A stretch of 63,900 nucleotides of DNA, counting the filler, from Octopus bimaculoides (lineage: Eukaryota): the NCBI RefSeq assembly GCF_001194135.2. It is 4 parts of 4 records of this genome, joined end to end, with 100 filler letters (N's around TTAATTAATTAA, not from the genome) between each part and the next. Parts side by side here need not be neighbours in the genome. Positions count along the whole stretch, not along the records: positions 1 to 30,368 come from NC_068992.1; 3 more parts are not named here. One strand, 5' to 3'. The notes below the pieces were generated by a model. The model was not told where the DNA came from. It saw nothing but the letters and a program-made list of their open reading frames with translations, and made no database searches. Shown in pieces: positions 14,340 to 28,339 of this stretch (position 1 is the first letter of the stretch; each line of letters opens with the position of its first letter). The translations under genes were made by a program, and so were the position numbers.

Positions 14340-15110
14340 ACCTGTGGGATGTAGTTAACACAGACAAATTCACGTTTAGAACTTGAGAAAAGTCTTGCAT
14401 ATTTTTACTGTTCCACTCACAGATTTCACTTGTAATGTACGAATTAGTCGATCGATTTCTATTTCTGAAAATCCCAGTTAATCCAGATTCTCCTTGAAGC
14501 ATTTACTAACAAAGCTTAGTACTCCAATTATTGTTGGTATGAATACGAATTCATGGTCTGGATATAGAAGTTGGCGGTTTCGAAGCAGTTATCCATAGAT
14601 ATCCTCTTTTTCTTTGATTTTCAAAGAGATACCTATATCTGCAGGGCAGCTGACCTCTATGACGGTACATACCTTTGCCCCTCTATCCCAAACGACAGCA
14701 TCCGGCCTGTTATGCTTACATTTGACAATCGTTTTGATGGTAACATTCCAACAGTATTCCTTGAGTTGGTGTTTATGAATGTATTCCGTTAGAGGGATTT
14801 TCTAAATTTATTTCAAGACAAACTATTTTGCGGATGGCATTGTAAATTGTTTTAGCAACAACATCGTGCTGCATAGGGAGGTAGTACCATGACGACATTT
14901 TAGGACAGCCGCTAATCACATGCGTAATGTCTTTCAGAGAAACATGACAGAGCCTACACATGCGGTTGAACCTTTGGATTACAAGAGCGTCACTGTCACT
15001 CTTGTTCACTCGGTACTTTGTGGCAATCTTTGTGCAGCAGAGGATTGCTGTGCATTTTATATTTAATGTAATGCTCACTTTGCTTAATTAAATGGAGTCG
15101 CATGAAACGA
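14340..15110 (-). mobile_element. 3' fragment of RLE-type non-LTR retrotransposon (R4/Dong-like)
   Basis: CCHC finger CRLCHVSLKDITHVISGCPKMSSWYYLPMQHDVVAK followed by frameshifted restriction-like endonuclease (NRPD..VWD, CPAD, FIPIII). Confidence 0.85.
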
Positions 15111-16073
15111 TAGTACTACATTAACTTTGGATATCCTTGTTGCTTATTTTGACTTATATATANNNNNNNNNNNNNNNNNNNNNNNNNNNNNNNNNNNNNN
15201 NNNNNNNNNNNNNNNNNNNNNNNNNNNNNNNNNNNNNNNNNNNNNNNNNNNNNNNNNNNNNNNNNNNNNNNNNNNNNNNNNNNNNNNNNNNNNNNNNNNN
15301 NNNNNNNNNNNNNNNNNNNNNNNNNNNNNNNNNNNNNNNNNNNNNNNNNNNNNNNNNNNNNNNNNNNNNNNNNNNNNNNNNNNNNNNNNNNNNNNNNNNN
15401 NNNNNNNNNNNNNNNNNNNNNNNNNNNNNNNNNNNNNNNNNNNNNNNNNNNNNNNNNNNNNNNNNNNNNNNNNNNNNNNNNNNNNNNNNNNNNNNNNNNN
15501 NNNNNNNNNNNNNNNNNNNNNNNNNNNNNNNNNNNNNNNNNNNNNNNNNNNNNNNNNNNNNNNNNNNNNNNNNNNNNNNNNNNNNNNNNNNNNNNNNNNN
15601 NNNNNNNNNNNNNNNNNNNNNNNNNNNNNNNNNNNNNNNNNNNNNNNNNNNNNNNNNNNNNNNNNNNNNNNNNNNNNNNNNNNNNNNNNNNNNNNNNNNN
15701 NNNNNNNNNNNNNNNNNNNNNNNNNNNNNNNNTATACACACCCCGAATGTGTCACTATTTACGTTGGCGGTGTATTCATGGAATCCATTAGGTAGATTTG
15801 TGCAGACAAAAGGCTTCGTTTTGATAGTTGATAAATGGGAAAAGCTTTATGAAATGGTAACTGTGCCATTGTTGATGCTGAGTGTCAATCTCCGTCAATG
15901 AAACCAATTTATAAAGCTTATTGTGGAGGATTGCAATCAGAAGAACGCTTTGTTTATGAGAAATTGTGAAACTCCCTGAGAATAGTTCGAAATTATAAGA
16001 GGCAAAGTTAAAATTGATAAATATATTAACTCTATTATGTGTGTTTGCTAGCAATGCAATAATTCTTAAATGT

Positions 16074-16142
<69 letters not shown>

Positions 16143-19100
16143 NNNNNNNNNNNNNNNNNNNNNNNNNNNNNNNNNNNNNNNNNNNNNNNNNNNNNNNNNN
16201 NNNNNNNNNNNNNNNNNNNNNNNNNNNNNNNNNNNNNNNNNNNNNNNNNNNNNNNNNNNNNNNNNNNNNNNNNNNNNNNNNNNNNNNNNNNNNNNNNNNN
16301 NNNNNNNNNNNNNNNNNNNNNNNNNNNNNNNNNNNNNNNNNNNNNNNNNNNNNNNNNNNNNNNNNNNNNNNNNNNNNNNNNNNNNNNNNNNNNNNNNNNN
16401 NNNNNNNNNNNNNNNNNNNNNNNNNNNNNNNNNNNNNNNNNNNNNNNNNNNNNNNNNNNNNNNNNNNNNNNNNNNNNNNNNNNNNNNNNNNNNNNNNNNN
16501 NNNNNNNNNNNNNNNNNNNNNNNNNNNNNNNNNNNNNNNNNNNNNNNNNNNNNNNNNNNNNNNNNNNNNNNNNNNNNNNNNNNNNNNNNNNNNNNNNNNN
16601 NNNNNNNNNNNNNNNNNNNNNNNNNNNNNNNNNNNNNNNNNNNNNNNNNNNNNNNNNNNNNNNNNNNNNNNNNNNNNNNNNNNNNNNNNNNNNNNNNNNN
16701 NNNNNNNNNNNNNNNNNNNNNNNNNNNNNNNNNNNNNNNNNNNNNNNNNNNNNNNNNNNNNNNNNNNNNNNNNNNNNNNNNNNNNNNNNNNNNNNNNNNN
16801 NNNNNNNNNNNNNNNNNNNNNNNNNNNNNNNNNNNNNNNNNNNNNNNNNNNNNNNNNNNNNNNNNNNNNNNNNNNNNNNNNNNNNNNNNNNNNNNNNNNN
16901 NNNNNNNNNNNNNNNNNNNNNNNNNNNNNNNNNNNNNNNNNNNNNNNNNNNNNNNNNNNNNNNNNNNNNNNNNNNNNNNNNNNNNNNNNNNNNNNNNNNN
17001 NNNNNNNNNNNNNNNNNNNNNNTATATATATATATATATGAATATATTCGTAAGAAAGTACGGAATTGCACGATTTACAACAATTTCAGTGGCATGATCA
17101 ACGAAACGCGAAAATGGGTACACAAAAGATTTCCAGACAATGGACATGAGTTAGAAAAAGAACAGTAATAAACGAGTGAAGAAAAAATATGCAGCGCGTG
17201 TGTTTATTCGGCAAAAAAATGACCATCCCGAAATATAACAGTATATATATATTTCATATATATATATGTGTGTGTATGTGTGTGTATTTATATATATATA
17301 TATGTATACACGCATATTCACATATATATACATATATGGAGAGGGAGAGACGGAGAAAAGGAGAGAGAGATAGATAGACGTATATGTGCATGTGTGCATA
17401 TTGTATGAATGCACACATGCATGAAAATTTACGTTTATTTTCTCCAAACACGCTCACTCATATATGTGTGTGTGTCTCTGCATATTTGTATTCTTGTGTG
17501 GAAACATACAATTATGATTCTATCCACGTTCCGTAATATTCCATTAAGCGTATCTAAAGGTCATTCACCTGACACACTCACCTGCTAGAATTCGTGTAGT
17601 TCCTGCAAACTACAGACTTGTCTTTGCTATATTTTAGCTCAAAGTATTTCTTATGATAGTTAACGAAACAAATGGAATGTCGTAACATGTTTGATAAATG
17701 TATAATATTTTACTGTCAGACGTTGTAGATTTTGTTGTTTAGCGCCGAATTAATCCTTGAATGAGCTATGATCAGAGGTGCTCTAACCTTGATCCTTCCG
17801 TTTTTACTTTCTTAATCGTTCTATACTTCGAACATGTCATCCAATATGTCCGTCCGATTTTGTACGACGGTAGTGTCTGATTTGAGGGACATTTGGCTGC
17901 TATTTCTAACAGGTTGGGCGATCACTCTCTTAGAAGACGTTGTATCTAGAATTTACCTCGGCCATGTACTGCCTGGCATTTATCTTCATTGAAATTATTG
18001 CGCTGCCCGTGACTGCAAAGATCTCGAAAGGTATGTCAGCATCAACTGACAGTTAAGGTACCCACGGCTATAACAATGCTTATGTCTACTCATTTAAAAA
18101 AGACAAGAATGAAATGAATGGTGACACCTGACTCATCAGAAGGGGAAAAGTTCCTTGACGTCTCCGGCCGAACAGCTGAACATTTTCTTATAAACATTAT
18201 TTTTGGCAACAAGTTCATTAAGTCAAGTAGATTTCTATGGCAGTGGCCTCATCTGGAATTGCTATAAATTTCCTCTCGGTTGGTAGGACTACTCGTTCTT
18301 CCGTTTAAGCTTCACTCAACTTTGTTGAGTGAAGCTTTGCGCCAATCGACACAATGACAGGCCTGTGTGGAACATTAGCAAGGAATTTCAATAGGCAGAA
18401 GTTCTGAGATTGAACCAACTGATGAGCGGATAATGCTTCACAGATACCCATTTGAAACTCTCAGTTACTTTTAACTAGATCTTCAAGGTATCACAAGCAT
18501 CATGAAGGGACCTCGGCTTTATTAGTTGCATATCAATTTAGAATTGCAAAAAAATGCATAAAAAACCTAAAGTTAGTAGTTTGTTCAGCCTCAAAGTTCA
18601 ATTAGCAATATACACAGTTTAAAAAAAATTTCACATATCGTAGAAACAGGGAAAAATTCAAGTTTAAATATGAATCTTCATTACAATAAAAAATATACGC
18701 AAAAAATGCATTTACGTATAAAAAAAATAACACATCAAAACATTCTATAAATTAAATTATTTAAGTTTCACAAAAAATATTTCTACGTTTTTGGTTCCTA
18801 GGGCAACGCTGAATTCTTCTGCATGTTTTCTGTAGTCAGCGAATCTAATTATGAAATCTAACGTAAAAACTGATTATAACAGTTCCGTCAGACATATATT
18901 TCCCTCTAAATGTGTTGGATTAACCAACTCATTTCAGTTATAAAAGTTAATCTGTTGGTGTTACACTAAATATGATGTCACGTGGTGTAACTCTACGCAA
19001 ATAATATGTGACTAATGACTGACATTGATGAGTTCAGCTCGAGTAGATTACACATTGTTTACAAGTGTAACACAGACATGATACAACAAAAAAGTTTTCC

Positions 19101-20121
19101 AGTTACACTAGACTAAGCGAGGACTAAGCGGGGACCTCTTCTAAGTCAATCGGCAGGCTAAAAGTAGCAACTGAATTTTCCTCAAATCACATCTTTTTCC
19201 TGTTCAAGAGTCTCTCCACTTCTGTAGGGTCCGAGTTGTTAACGCGATCGTAATGTTGCTATGACCGATGCGTCATTTAAACTGATGTCAGAGATTTATC
19301 ACCGTGACACGACCGACGAAAGTCACAATCTTTCAAGTCCTCACTCCGTCAGTTTGAAATAAAAAAATATGTACGCGATGGATAGTGTAATCCTAGGTAC
19401 ACTGTTTCAGAAAATGACATGAAAAATATGGACTGATAAAGGCTGGAATACTTTTGGTCATAATCTTTTGGATCAGATCTGAACTTGAGCTAAACAACAG
19501 CATTAAAAGCAAGTATACTGTAGTTGGTTAACTGCGATGTGTAACATGAAATTAGAGAGAGTTGCTGCGCTGATGCAACACCTAATCAATTGCAGAACGT
19601 TATTTAACATCACGTCAGGGTATGAAGGCCGCGTAATGTGACATAATAGAATATATTTCTGGAACTTCATGCTGGGATAACAATATTCAATCAAGAATGT
19701 TGTATCGTACGATTCTTTCTAAAAGCTTAATCTAGCTGTGAATCTTGCCTTTATGGTGTGAAATGAGATGGACCAATCTAATCAGATAAAGTACCAGAGA
19801 ATCAATGAATCTTACTGCTTCTCAGTTCCACACCGAACTAGAAAAAGGAAAGGTACAAAGTAAAGCAAGGAAAGGGTTTGGTGTGGGATTGTGGCATTGT
19901 GAGATCTCGACAAATGCAAAAATGGTAGAATCAGCACCAGAGCAATTCGATAAAGAAGCTCAGGTAAACGTTGGAATGAACTTATGGGAGTAAAGGTTAA
20001 GGAGGAATGGAAATTGGATTTCGGGTAATTAAATTTTGTAAAGGTGAATGGTGAGTAGAGAAAAGCAGACGGAGGGGAGGAGGGGGATAAACGGTGGGAA
20101 ATATAGAGAGTGAGAGAGGGT

Positions 20122-20173
<52 letters not shown>

Positions 20174-20183
20174 NNNNNNNNNN

Positions 20184-20237
<54 letters not shown>

Positions 20238-21071
20238 GAAGTGAAGGAAGAAAAGCGAAAGCGAAATAATGGTAACTGACGAAGAAGACATTCTGTCTTT
20301 GTTGTTGTTGTTGTTATCATGGCTGCTGTAATCAATAGTGTCATTGATATATCTGCTGCAGACGCTGACGATGTTAGTGTTACTTTAGCTGCTGTTGTTT
20401 CAGCTGCTGCAGGTGGTGATGATGACGATGACGACGACGACGACAATGATGACGATGTTGATGATGAGAATGATGACGATGACGACGACGATGTTGTTGT
20501 TAGCGTTGCTGTTGCATCACTATTACAGCCAGTGCTAATGGTGTTGTTGTTTATCAACATCACCAAACCAGCAGCACTCACCATTTTACCATTCACTGTC
20601 TCCTCCTTCCCACATCCTCACATGAAACCTTTCCGCCAGATCAACTTTGTCTTTATTATCCATTTTATTATCAATAAAACATTAATCGATTAGCTATCAA
20701 TAACATCATCGATGTATATATATATATATCTTATATGTATGTATATATGTATGTATATATGTATGTATACATACATACTCATTTCTGCAAGGAAGCAGAT
20801 GAGAGCGTGCCAGCTATTTAGGCAAATCTGTTCACTTACTACAAACTTCTACCTACAAATATTTCACCGTCTCCAATGCTTCTTTTGTAGCACACACACA
20901 CACACACACACACACACAACATATATATGTATGCAAATATGCGTGTGTGTGCATATATTTATGCATAGCCACACATATCTATCTATCTATCTATCTATTT
21001 ATCTATCTGTACACATATATATAAATGCATGTGTGCATATACATATATACATGCATGTATGTATATATGTA

Positions 21072-21107
<36 letters not shown>

Positions 21108-21388
21108 NNNNNNNNNNNNNNNNNNNNNNNNNNNNNNNNNNNNNNNNNNNNNNNNNNNNNNNNNNNNNNNNNNNNNNNNNNNNNNNNNNNNNNNNNNNNN
21201 NNNNNNNNNNNNNNNNNNNNNNNNNNNNNNNNNNNNNNNNNNNNNNNNNNNNNNNNNNNNNNNNNNNNNNNNNNNNNNNNNNNNNNNNNNNNNNNNNNNN
21301 NNNNNNNNNNNNNNNNNNCACATATACATATACATATGAGTGAAAGAGCGACAGACAGAAAGATAGATTGATAGATAAATACGTAGAT

Positions 21389-21425
<37 letters not shown>

Positions 21426-21877
21426 GAGACACAGAGAGAGAGCCGGTGCGACTATCAACTGTAACTAAAACAACAATACAAAGCGACAAGCATATATGGT
21501 GGATCTGCCAGAACCATTATTGCAACATCAACATGTTGTATGCCTCCATAAACATTTCCAGTTTTCTGCTACAAAATTATAACATCTTTCATTCATGTCA
21601 ATATTTCCAAATGAATTTCTAAAAATGTAAGCAACTGAAAATATTGAGATGCAATTTTGCAAGTTATTCTTTAAATCTCGTATCAATAACTATCAATAAA
21701 TAAGATATGGATAGAGACAACATTACAAAAGAGGATAAATAAAAAGCGAATACAAGAAAAGAAAATGGCGAAAAAAATCTCAGTAAACACTTATCTCGTC
21801 AAATGTAATTACGTTGAATGAGAAATCACACGAATGGAATACATTTGCATTTCGTGAGGAGAGAGAGAGAAAGTGAG

Positions 21878-21919
<42 letters not shown>

Positions 21920-21929
21920 NNNNNNNNNN

Positions 21930-21985
<56 letters not shown>

Positions 21986-22289
21986 GAAGGGAGAATGAGA
22001 GACAGAAATAGAAAAAGGGAGAGAGAATAGAAAGAAGGAAATATGTTCTAACGTTTCTGGCTGGGCTACTCGTCAGTAAAAGAATCATTATTGAACTGAT
22101 TGTTGCTGAAAACCAATAGTTTTGTGCGGACTTTTGCGTTTTACTTCACTGAAATTATAGACGAATATTCAAGACAGCCTGCATACACATGCGTACACTG
22201 AAATATATCATAAACTCACCCAATGTACGAGTGAACACACGCACACAAATATATGTATATATATTTATATATACGTATATATGTATATG

Positions 22290-22351
<62 letters not shown>

Positions 22352-22722
22352 NNNNNNNNNNNNNNNNNNNNNNNNNNNNNNNNNNNNNNNNNNNNNNNNN
22401 NNNNNNNNNNNNNNNNNNNNNNNNNNNNNNNNNNNNNNNNNNNNNNNNNNNNNNNNNNNNNNNNNNNNNNNNNNNNNNNNNNNNNNNNNNNNNNNNNNNN
22501 NNNNNNNNNNNNNNNNNNNNNNNNNNNNNNNNNNNNNNNNNNNNNNNNNNNNNNNNNNNNNNNNNNNNNNNNNNNNNNNNNNNNNNNNNNNNNNNNNNNN
22601 NNNNNNNNNNNNNNNNNNNNNNNNNNNNNNNNNNNNNNNNNNNNNNNNNNNNNNNNNNNNNNNNNNNNNNNNNNNNNNNNNNNNNNNNNNNNNNNNNNNN
22701 NNNNNNNNNNNNNNNNNNNNNN

Positions 22723-22761
<39 letters not shown>

Positions 22762-22762
<1 letters not shown>

Positions 22763-23796
22763 CGAAGGTCATCTGAAAAGTTCATAGACTGCGCAAGAGC
22801 GTTCATGCTGACATGCTTGGTACATAAGGGGATGACAGTGTCAAAGTGGGCAGCTAGCTTTGTAAGTGGAAGGGAGTGCCTTGAAGCCGAACAAAGGTCT
22901 GGACATCCTGCAACTGCCACCACCGATAAAAACATTGATCGTGATCACCATATGGTGATGGATGAGAGTCAATTGACTATAAGTCAAATAACCGATGCTA
23001 TTATCATATCCCGTGGGAGAGTTGAGAATATTCTACGCAATGAGCTTGGCACAACGACGGTTTCTATTCGTCTTCTGACGTTTGATCAAAAGCGCACCAG
23101 GCTCGTCGAATCACAGGAAAACCTGTCAGATCCATCTGGTTTCCTCGACCTTTTTGTAACCCAAGATGAGTTTTGGCTTCATCACTTTGAGCTACAGACG
23201 AAGCCAATACATGCAGTGGAAACACCCCACTTCACCTACTCCGAAGAAGGTAATGCTCGTTTCATGTGCAAGGATTATAATAACCTCAGGTTTTGGGATG
23301 AAAAAGAGACATTGTGTCTAATGACTATCTTTAAAAGGGCCACACCATCAATGGAGAGTACTATGTCAAATTTCTGCGTCAGTCACGAAAGGCTGTCAAG
23401 ATGAAACGCCGAGGAAAACTGACGCAAGGTGACTTGCTTCACCAGGACAATGCTTCCAGCCCACAAGTTGTTCGTTTCAATAGCTGCCGTGCGTGACTGA
23501 GGCTCTGAATGGGTTGATCAACCTCCCTCTTCTGATTTGGCCCTTTCTGACTATCATCTATTCGCCAATATAAAGTAACATTTGGCTGGGGATCAGTATC
23601 GCAGTGATGATGACCTTATATCTGCTGTTGATGACATTGGACGAAGGTTTTTTTCACCAATGTGATCCAGTCACTGCAACACCGATGAAAGAAGTGTGCT
23701 GCAGCAAGGGGAACTATGTTGAAAAATAAACCCCATGTGGTCACATTCCATGAGCGTATCTTGATCGGCCTATGAAATTTTCAGCCGACCCTCGTG
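22762..23796 (+). mobile_element. Mariner (D,D34D) transposon, internally deleted pseudogene
   Basis: TQDEFWLHHFE, HQDNA, PSSDLA.SDYHLF motifs; termini gaaggtcatctgaaaagttcatag / ctatgaaattttcagccgaccctcgtg. Confidence 0.9.
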
Positions 23797-24486
23797 TGTG
23801 TGTGTGTATACATGCATACATGCATACATACATACATATACACACACACACACACACATACACACACATATATATATATGNNNNNNNNNNNNNNNNNNNN
23901 NNNNNNNNNNNNNNNNNNNNNNNNNNNNNNNNNNNNNNNNNNNNNNNNNNNNNNNNNNNNNNNNNNNNNNNNNNNNNNNNNNNNNNNNNNNNNNNNNNNN
24001 NNNNNNNNNNNNNNNNNNNNNNNNNNNNNNNNNNNNNNNNNNNNNNNNNNNNNNNNNNNNNNNNNNNNNNNNNNNNNNNNNNNNNNNNNNNNNNNNNNNN
24101 NNNNNNNNNNNNNNNNNNNNNNNNNNNNNNNNNNNNNNNNNNNNNNNNNNNNNNNNNNNNNNNNNNNNNNNNNNNNNNNNNNNNNNNNNNNNNNNNNNNN
24201 NNNNNNNNNNNNNNNNNNNNNNNNNNNNNNNNNNNNNNNNNNNNNNNNNNNNNNNNNNNNNNNNNNNNNNNNNNNNNNNNNNNNNNNNNNNNNNNNNNNN
24301 NNNNNNNNNNNNNNNNNNNNNNNNNNNNNNNNNNNNNNNNNNNNNNNNNNNNNNNNNNNNNNNNNNNNNNNNNNNNNNNNNNNNNNNNNNNNNNNNNNNN
24401 NNNNNNNNNNNNNNNNNNNNNNNNNNNNNNNNNNNNNNNNNNNNNNNNNNNNNNNNNNNNNNNNNNNNNNNNNNNNNNNNNNNNNN

Positions 24487-24543
24487 GTCCTACCCAGCTC
24501 TTCGAAACGCCGGTGTTAAAACGGGGGTAGCTGATGAAGAAGA
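24487..24543 (+). ncRNA. Strand-swapped (non-circularly permuted) hammerhead ribozyme candidate, intact core
   Basis: GUC 24487-89; stem I CUACCC 24490-95 / GGGUAG 24525-30; stem II UCUUC 24499-503 / GAAGA 24539-43; GAAAC 24504-08; CUGAUGA 24531-37. Confidence 0.6.
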
Positions 24544-25551
24544 ATGTTCTCTATGTGGCTTGTGTGTTTTCTCGTCTACGTTTTGTTTGCAATGTCCTGT
24601 ACCCAGATATGCACCTATACATACAGGTGGATGTCGGTATGCACATACCTGTACGTATATATGCATATACTCATTTACTATTTGTTTATATATATATATA
24701 TATATATATATCATAGAAGAGGGAGACTACTCGACAACCTTGATGCTATTGGTAGACATAACTAACGTGAATTTAAAAAAAAAAAAAACAATGCTAAAGT
24801 CGGAGAGATCTCTGGCGGTGGGTTGTGGAAAGCATGTCGGTTGTAGCTACTTGAATAAAAAAGCAAATATCTGCGATCGCTGAATGAAGGTCTTCAGCTG
24901 AAAGTGATCCCTCTTCAATTTATTGTATTATGTTACAATGAAATCACATACAAATGTTCTCGTAACAAGTACGAAAGTATGTGTGGCGTTGGAGTGTCCA
25001 TTTGTTCCTCAGATTTCCAAAATTCTGTCGGGAATAAAAGGGCCAAACCATTTACAGATGTTTATATGTGATCAGTCTACTTGCTAGAAGTAGGAGAAAC
25101 ATCTTCCTCATATTTTATTACCCTCTTTTAAATATATTCGAGAATACTGAACAACTGAAGGATGCTCTATTGTCTCCAGCATTTAGCTTTTTGTCAATCT
25201 TTGATAAAAGTATGGGAAATTTTATTGACCAATGCTCTTTTAAGCTCGTTTTGTGGAAATTCAGAGTGCTCGGCTGCTATGTTTAAGACGTCGAGCCATC
25301 CATATGGAGCTCTCGTGTTATAGTCTAAAAGTCAGTGTTGTACTTACAATTACAAAGATGTAGTTATGTTGTCATAGAAATAGAATATGTTAACAACATT
25401 AAATAACTTTGAAATGCCATAAGAATGTCAGATATCGAAAACCAAAAAATAATAAAGTTCAGAAGAAAAATATTTAATTCTTGAAACAATAAAAAAAACG
25501 TTTAAATATCAAAGAATTTAAGCTGTTGACTTGTAAATCATTTTAATTTTT

Positions 25552-25582
<31 letters not shown>

Positions 25583-25586
25583 CTAC

Positions 25587-25628
<42 letters not shown>

Positions 25629-25629
25629 T

Positions 25630-25661
<32 letters not shown>

Positions 25662-25689
25662 TATAGAGCGTACCAATTAGATAAAGGCG

Positions 25690-27614
25690 TCTGTTTGAGG
25701 ATATGGAGGTGGGGGCATCGGGAATCAGTTCCTGATGCGGAAGTATTTTGGAGGGAACTGTGGAACAGGGCAGTGAGGGATAAAGAATGTGCCGAGTGGC
25801 CGACACAGGTGGAGAGGCAACTTGCAGACTGTGCTAAGACTAAAGGACATCAGAGTTGATCTCTATTCAGTGATACTGAAGTAAAAAAAAAAATATTGAA
25901 TTGGAAAGGACCTGGCCCAGATGGAGCACACGGTTATTGGGTGAAGAATTTTACACATTTGCATGAAAGGATCGCACAACTGGATGAATGCCTGCAGCAA
26001 GGTTACGTCCCTACCTGGACAACAAATCGACAAACGTTGTTATGTCTCAAGGACCTCTTGAAATGTAAATTGGCATCAGATTTTCGACCTATAAACTGTT
26101 TATCACTTACGTGGAAGTTTAGACAGGTGTCTTGGCAGAAAAGCAAGATAATCATCGCGAAAGTAACAATCTACTTCCAGACAAACGGAAAGGATGCAAG
26201 AAACAAAATAGGGCAACAAAAGGTCACTTATTAATTGATAAAATGATAATTAGAAACTATAGACTCAGATTGGCGGGGCTGAATGTAATATGGTTGGATT
26301 ATGAGACAGGCGAATGACATGGTACGGAGTTGGATAACAATGAACATGTTTAAAGTCGCAGAAAATATGGAGAAAATGGTTAATGAAAATATGAAACATT
26401 GGAATATTGATCGGAAGAAAACAAAGACTTGGAAAAGTGAACATCAGATGTGGAATATTTCAAGGTGATAACTTTTTTCCATTACTATTTGTATTGACCA
26501 TGATACCGCTCAGCATGATGTTACAAAAAGTTCAAATAGCTTATGAATTTGGGAAAAGATATAAAACTTTATGCGAAAAATGATAAGCAACTTTACATGT
26601 TCGTATTTTCTCAAATTACGTAGATATGGAATTTGGGATGGAAAAGTGCGCTGTTTTGAAAATGAAACGTGGAAGATTTGAAAGAAGTCAAGGAATTGAA
26701 ACGCCAAATGGACAAGCAATGAAACTGTTGAAAAAGGACAGTGGTATAAATATTTAGGAATACAGAAAGCAGATGAAGTAAAGCATGAAAAGATAACACA
26801 AATTACCAGTAGGGAGTATAGAAGTAGAGTGAGAAAAATATTGTAGTCAAAGTTGAATTTAAAAAATGTCACTGAAGCAATAAATGCTAAAACAGTAGCA
26901 ATGATCGGATATGGAATTGCTGCTTGGATCAAAACCGACATACAGAAATTGGACAGAAAAAAAAAACACTAGAAAGATGTTGACAATGTATGGAGCTCAC
27001 CACCCAAAAGCTAATATGAACCGGTTGTAGAGGAAGAGAGATACCTGCATGGAAGAGGGTTAATTGCTGTGGAAGTGTGTGCACAGATGGAAAGAAAATG
27101 CCCACTGGAATATTTGCTGAATAGCGCAGAAAAATTACCAAAGTCAGTGAATATGTGTGTAATATGCAACGTGGTGAATCCAATAACATTACACGGTTAT
27201 ATTAGAGGGTTATTTTAGCAACGATTTCGTGGGTGATTAATGGGTTGAATGGGCGCTGATGAAGGAGCAAAAACTCCCGAAATATGTTGTATACACACAT
27301 TACTCACTTTTTCAATTTCGGATACGAAACATGGTAACAAAATCAGTGCTGAATATAATTTTTGTCGAAAATCTGTAGAGATGATCTTAAGTGATTGAAA
27401 AACAGGTGATCCAGTATGGAAAAGGACAAGGCTGGAATTCAAAGAGAGCAGATTGAACAGATTGAAGGGAAACCTTTGCACGGTGAGTTTTCAAAAATAA
27501 TAAGGATAGCAAAAGGAAGAATGTAGAAATCGAAGGTTGCAGGATGTCACTTCCAATCCAGGAGAATGAATCGGCGAAAAACCTAAGACCGAAAGATAAA
27601 AAACAAATAATAAT

Positions 27615-27662
<48 letters not shown>

Positions 27663-28170
27663 AATAATAATAATATTAATGATAATAATAATAATAATAA
27701 TAATAAGAGCTACACAATATATTCACTGGGTAATTTTCAAAAACCTGGACTTGCCTCATGATAAAAACTGATGGGAACACAAACCACCCCCAGTGCTTGA
27801 AAATGATCACCTCTCACTCCTCCGGAACTTCACCATTCAAACTGACAGAACGATAGATACGAATAGGCCAGACATTATATTGAAAGACTTCAGACAAAAA
27901 TCATTGATATGACTGTCCCAATCGATATAAATGTATATGTCAAGACCTTCCAAAAACTGAGCAAGTATAAAAATCTTGAAACAGAAATTAGCAAAATGTG
28001 GAACCTGAAGACTAAAACAATACCTGCTGTCATAGGTGCCCTAGGAATGACAGCGAAAGGGGCTGATTGCTACCTGGCTCAGATACCAGGAAACCTCAAA
28101 ATGACAGAAATTCAAAAGATAGTGCTCATGGGAACTGCCCATATCCTACGCAAAATACTTTCTGTATTAA
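25690..28170 (+). mobile_element. Decayed R4/Dong-like LINE (RT, zinc finger, RLE endonuclease)
   Basis: NWKGPGPDG..GYW.K, FRPI.CL, LLIDKMI, IFQGD, YKYLGI, RPDII, KLSKYKNLETEISKMWNLKTKTIPAVIGALG; many stops and frameshifts. Confidence 0.92.
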
Positions 28171-28339
28171 TCTCAAATTTTAAAACAAACATAATTTTCT
28201 TATGTTTACTTAAACATTCTATAGAACAATACTTTGAGCAAAACCAAATATATGACACCCTAGCTTTAACACCAACATGGACTTCTAACTTCTTGTCTCT
28301 TGGGGTCTCTGGGTAGGACTTGGAGCCAACTTGTACAAA

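Noticed and set aside
18125-18470. Two CUGAUGA motifs (- strand at about 18133, + strand at about 18419)
   Set aside because: Neither has a stem II closed by GAAA at a suitable position.
18801-18818. X-box-like GTTCCTAGGGCAAC
   Set aside because: Three mismatches, and the context (gggcaacgc...ttctgc) resembles a Helitron-like terminal motif rather than a promoter.
12899-24883. Long ORFs of 150-427 aa in the ORF track
   Set aside because: They are composed of N gaps and (TA)/(CA) microsatellite translations; only the mariner part (22762-23400) is real coding remnant.
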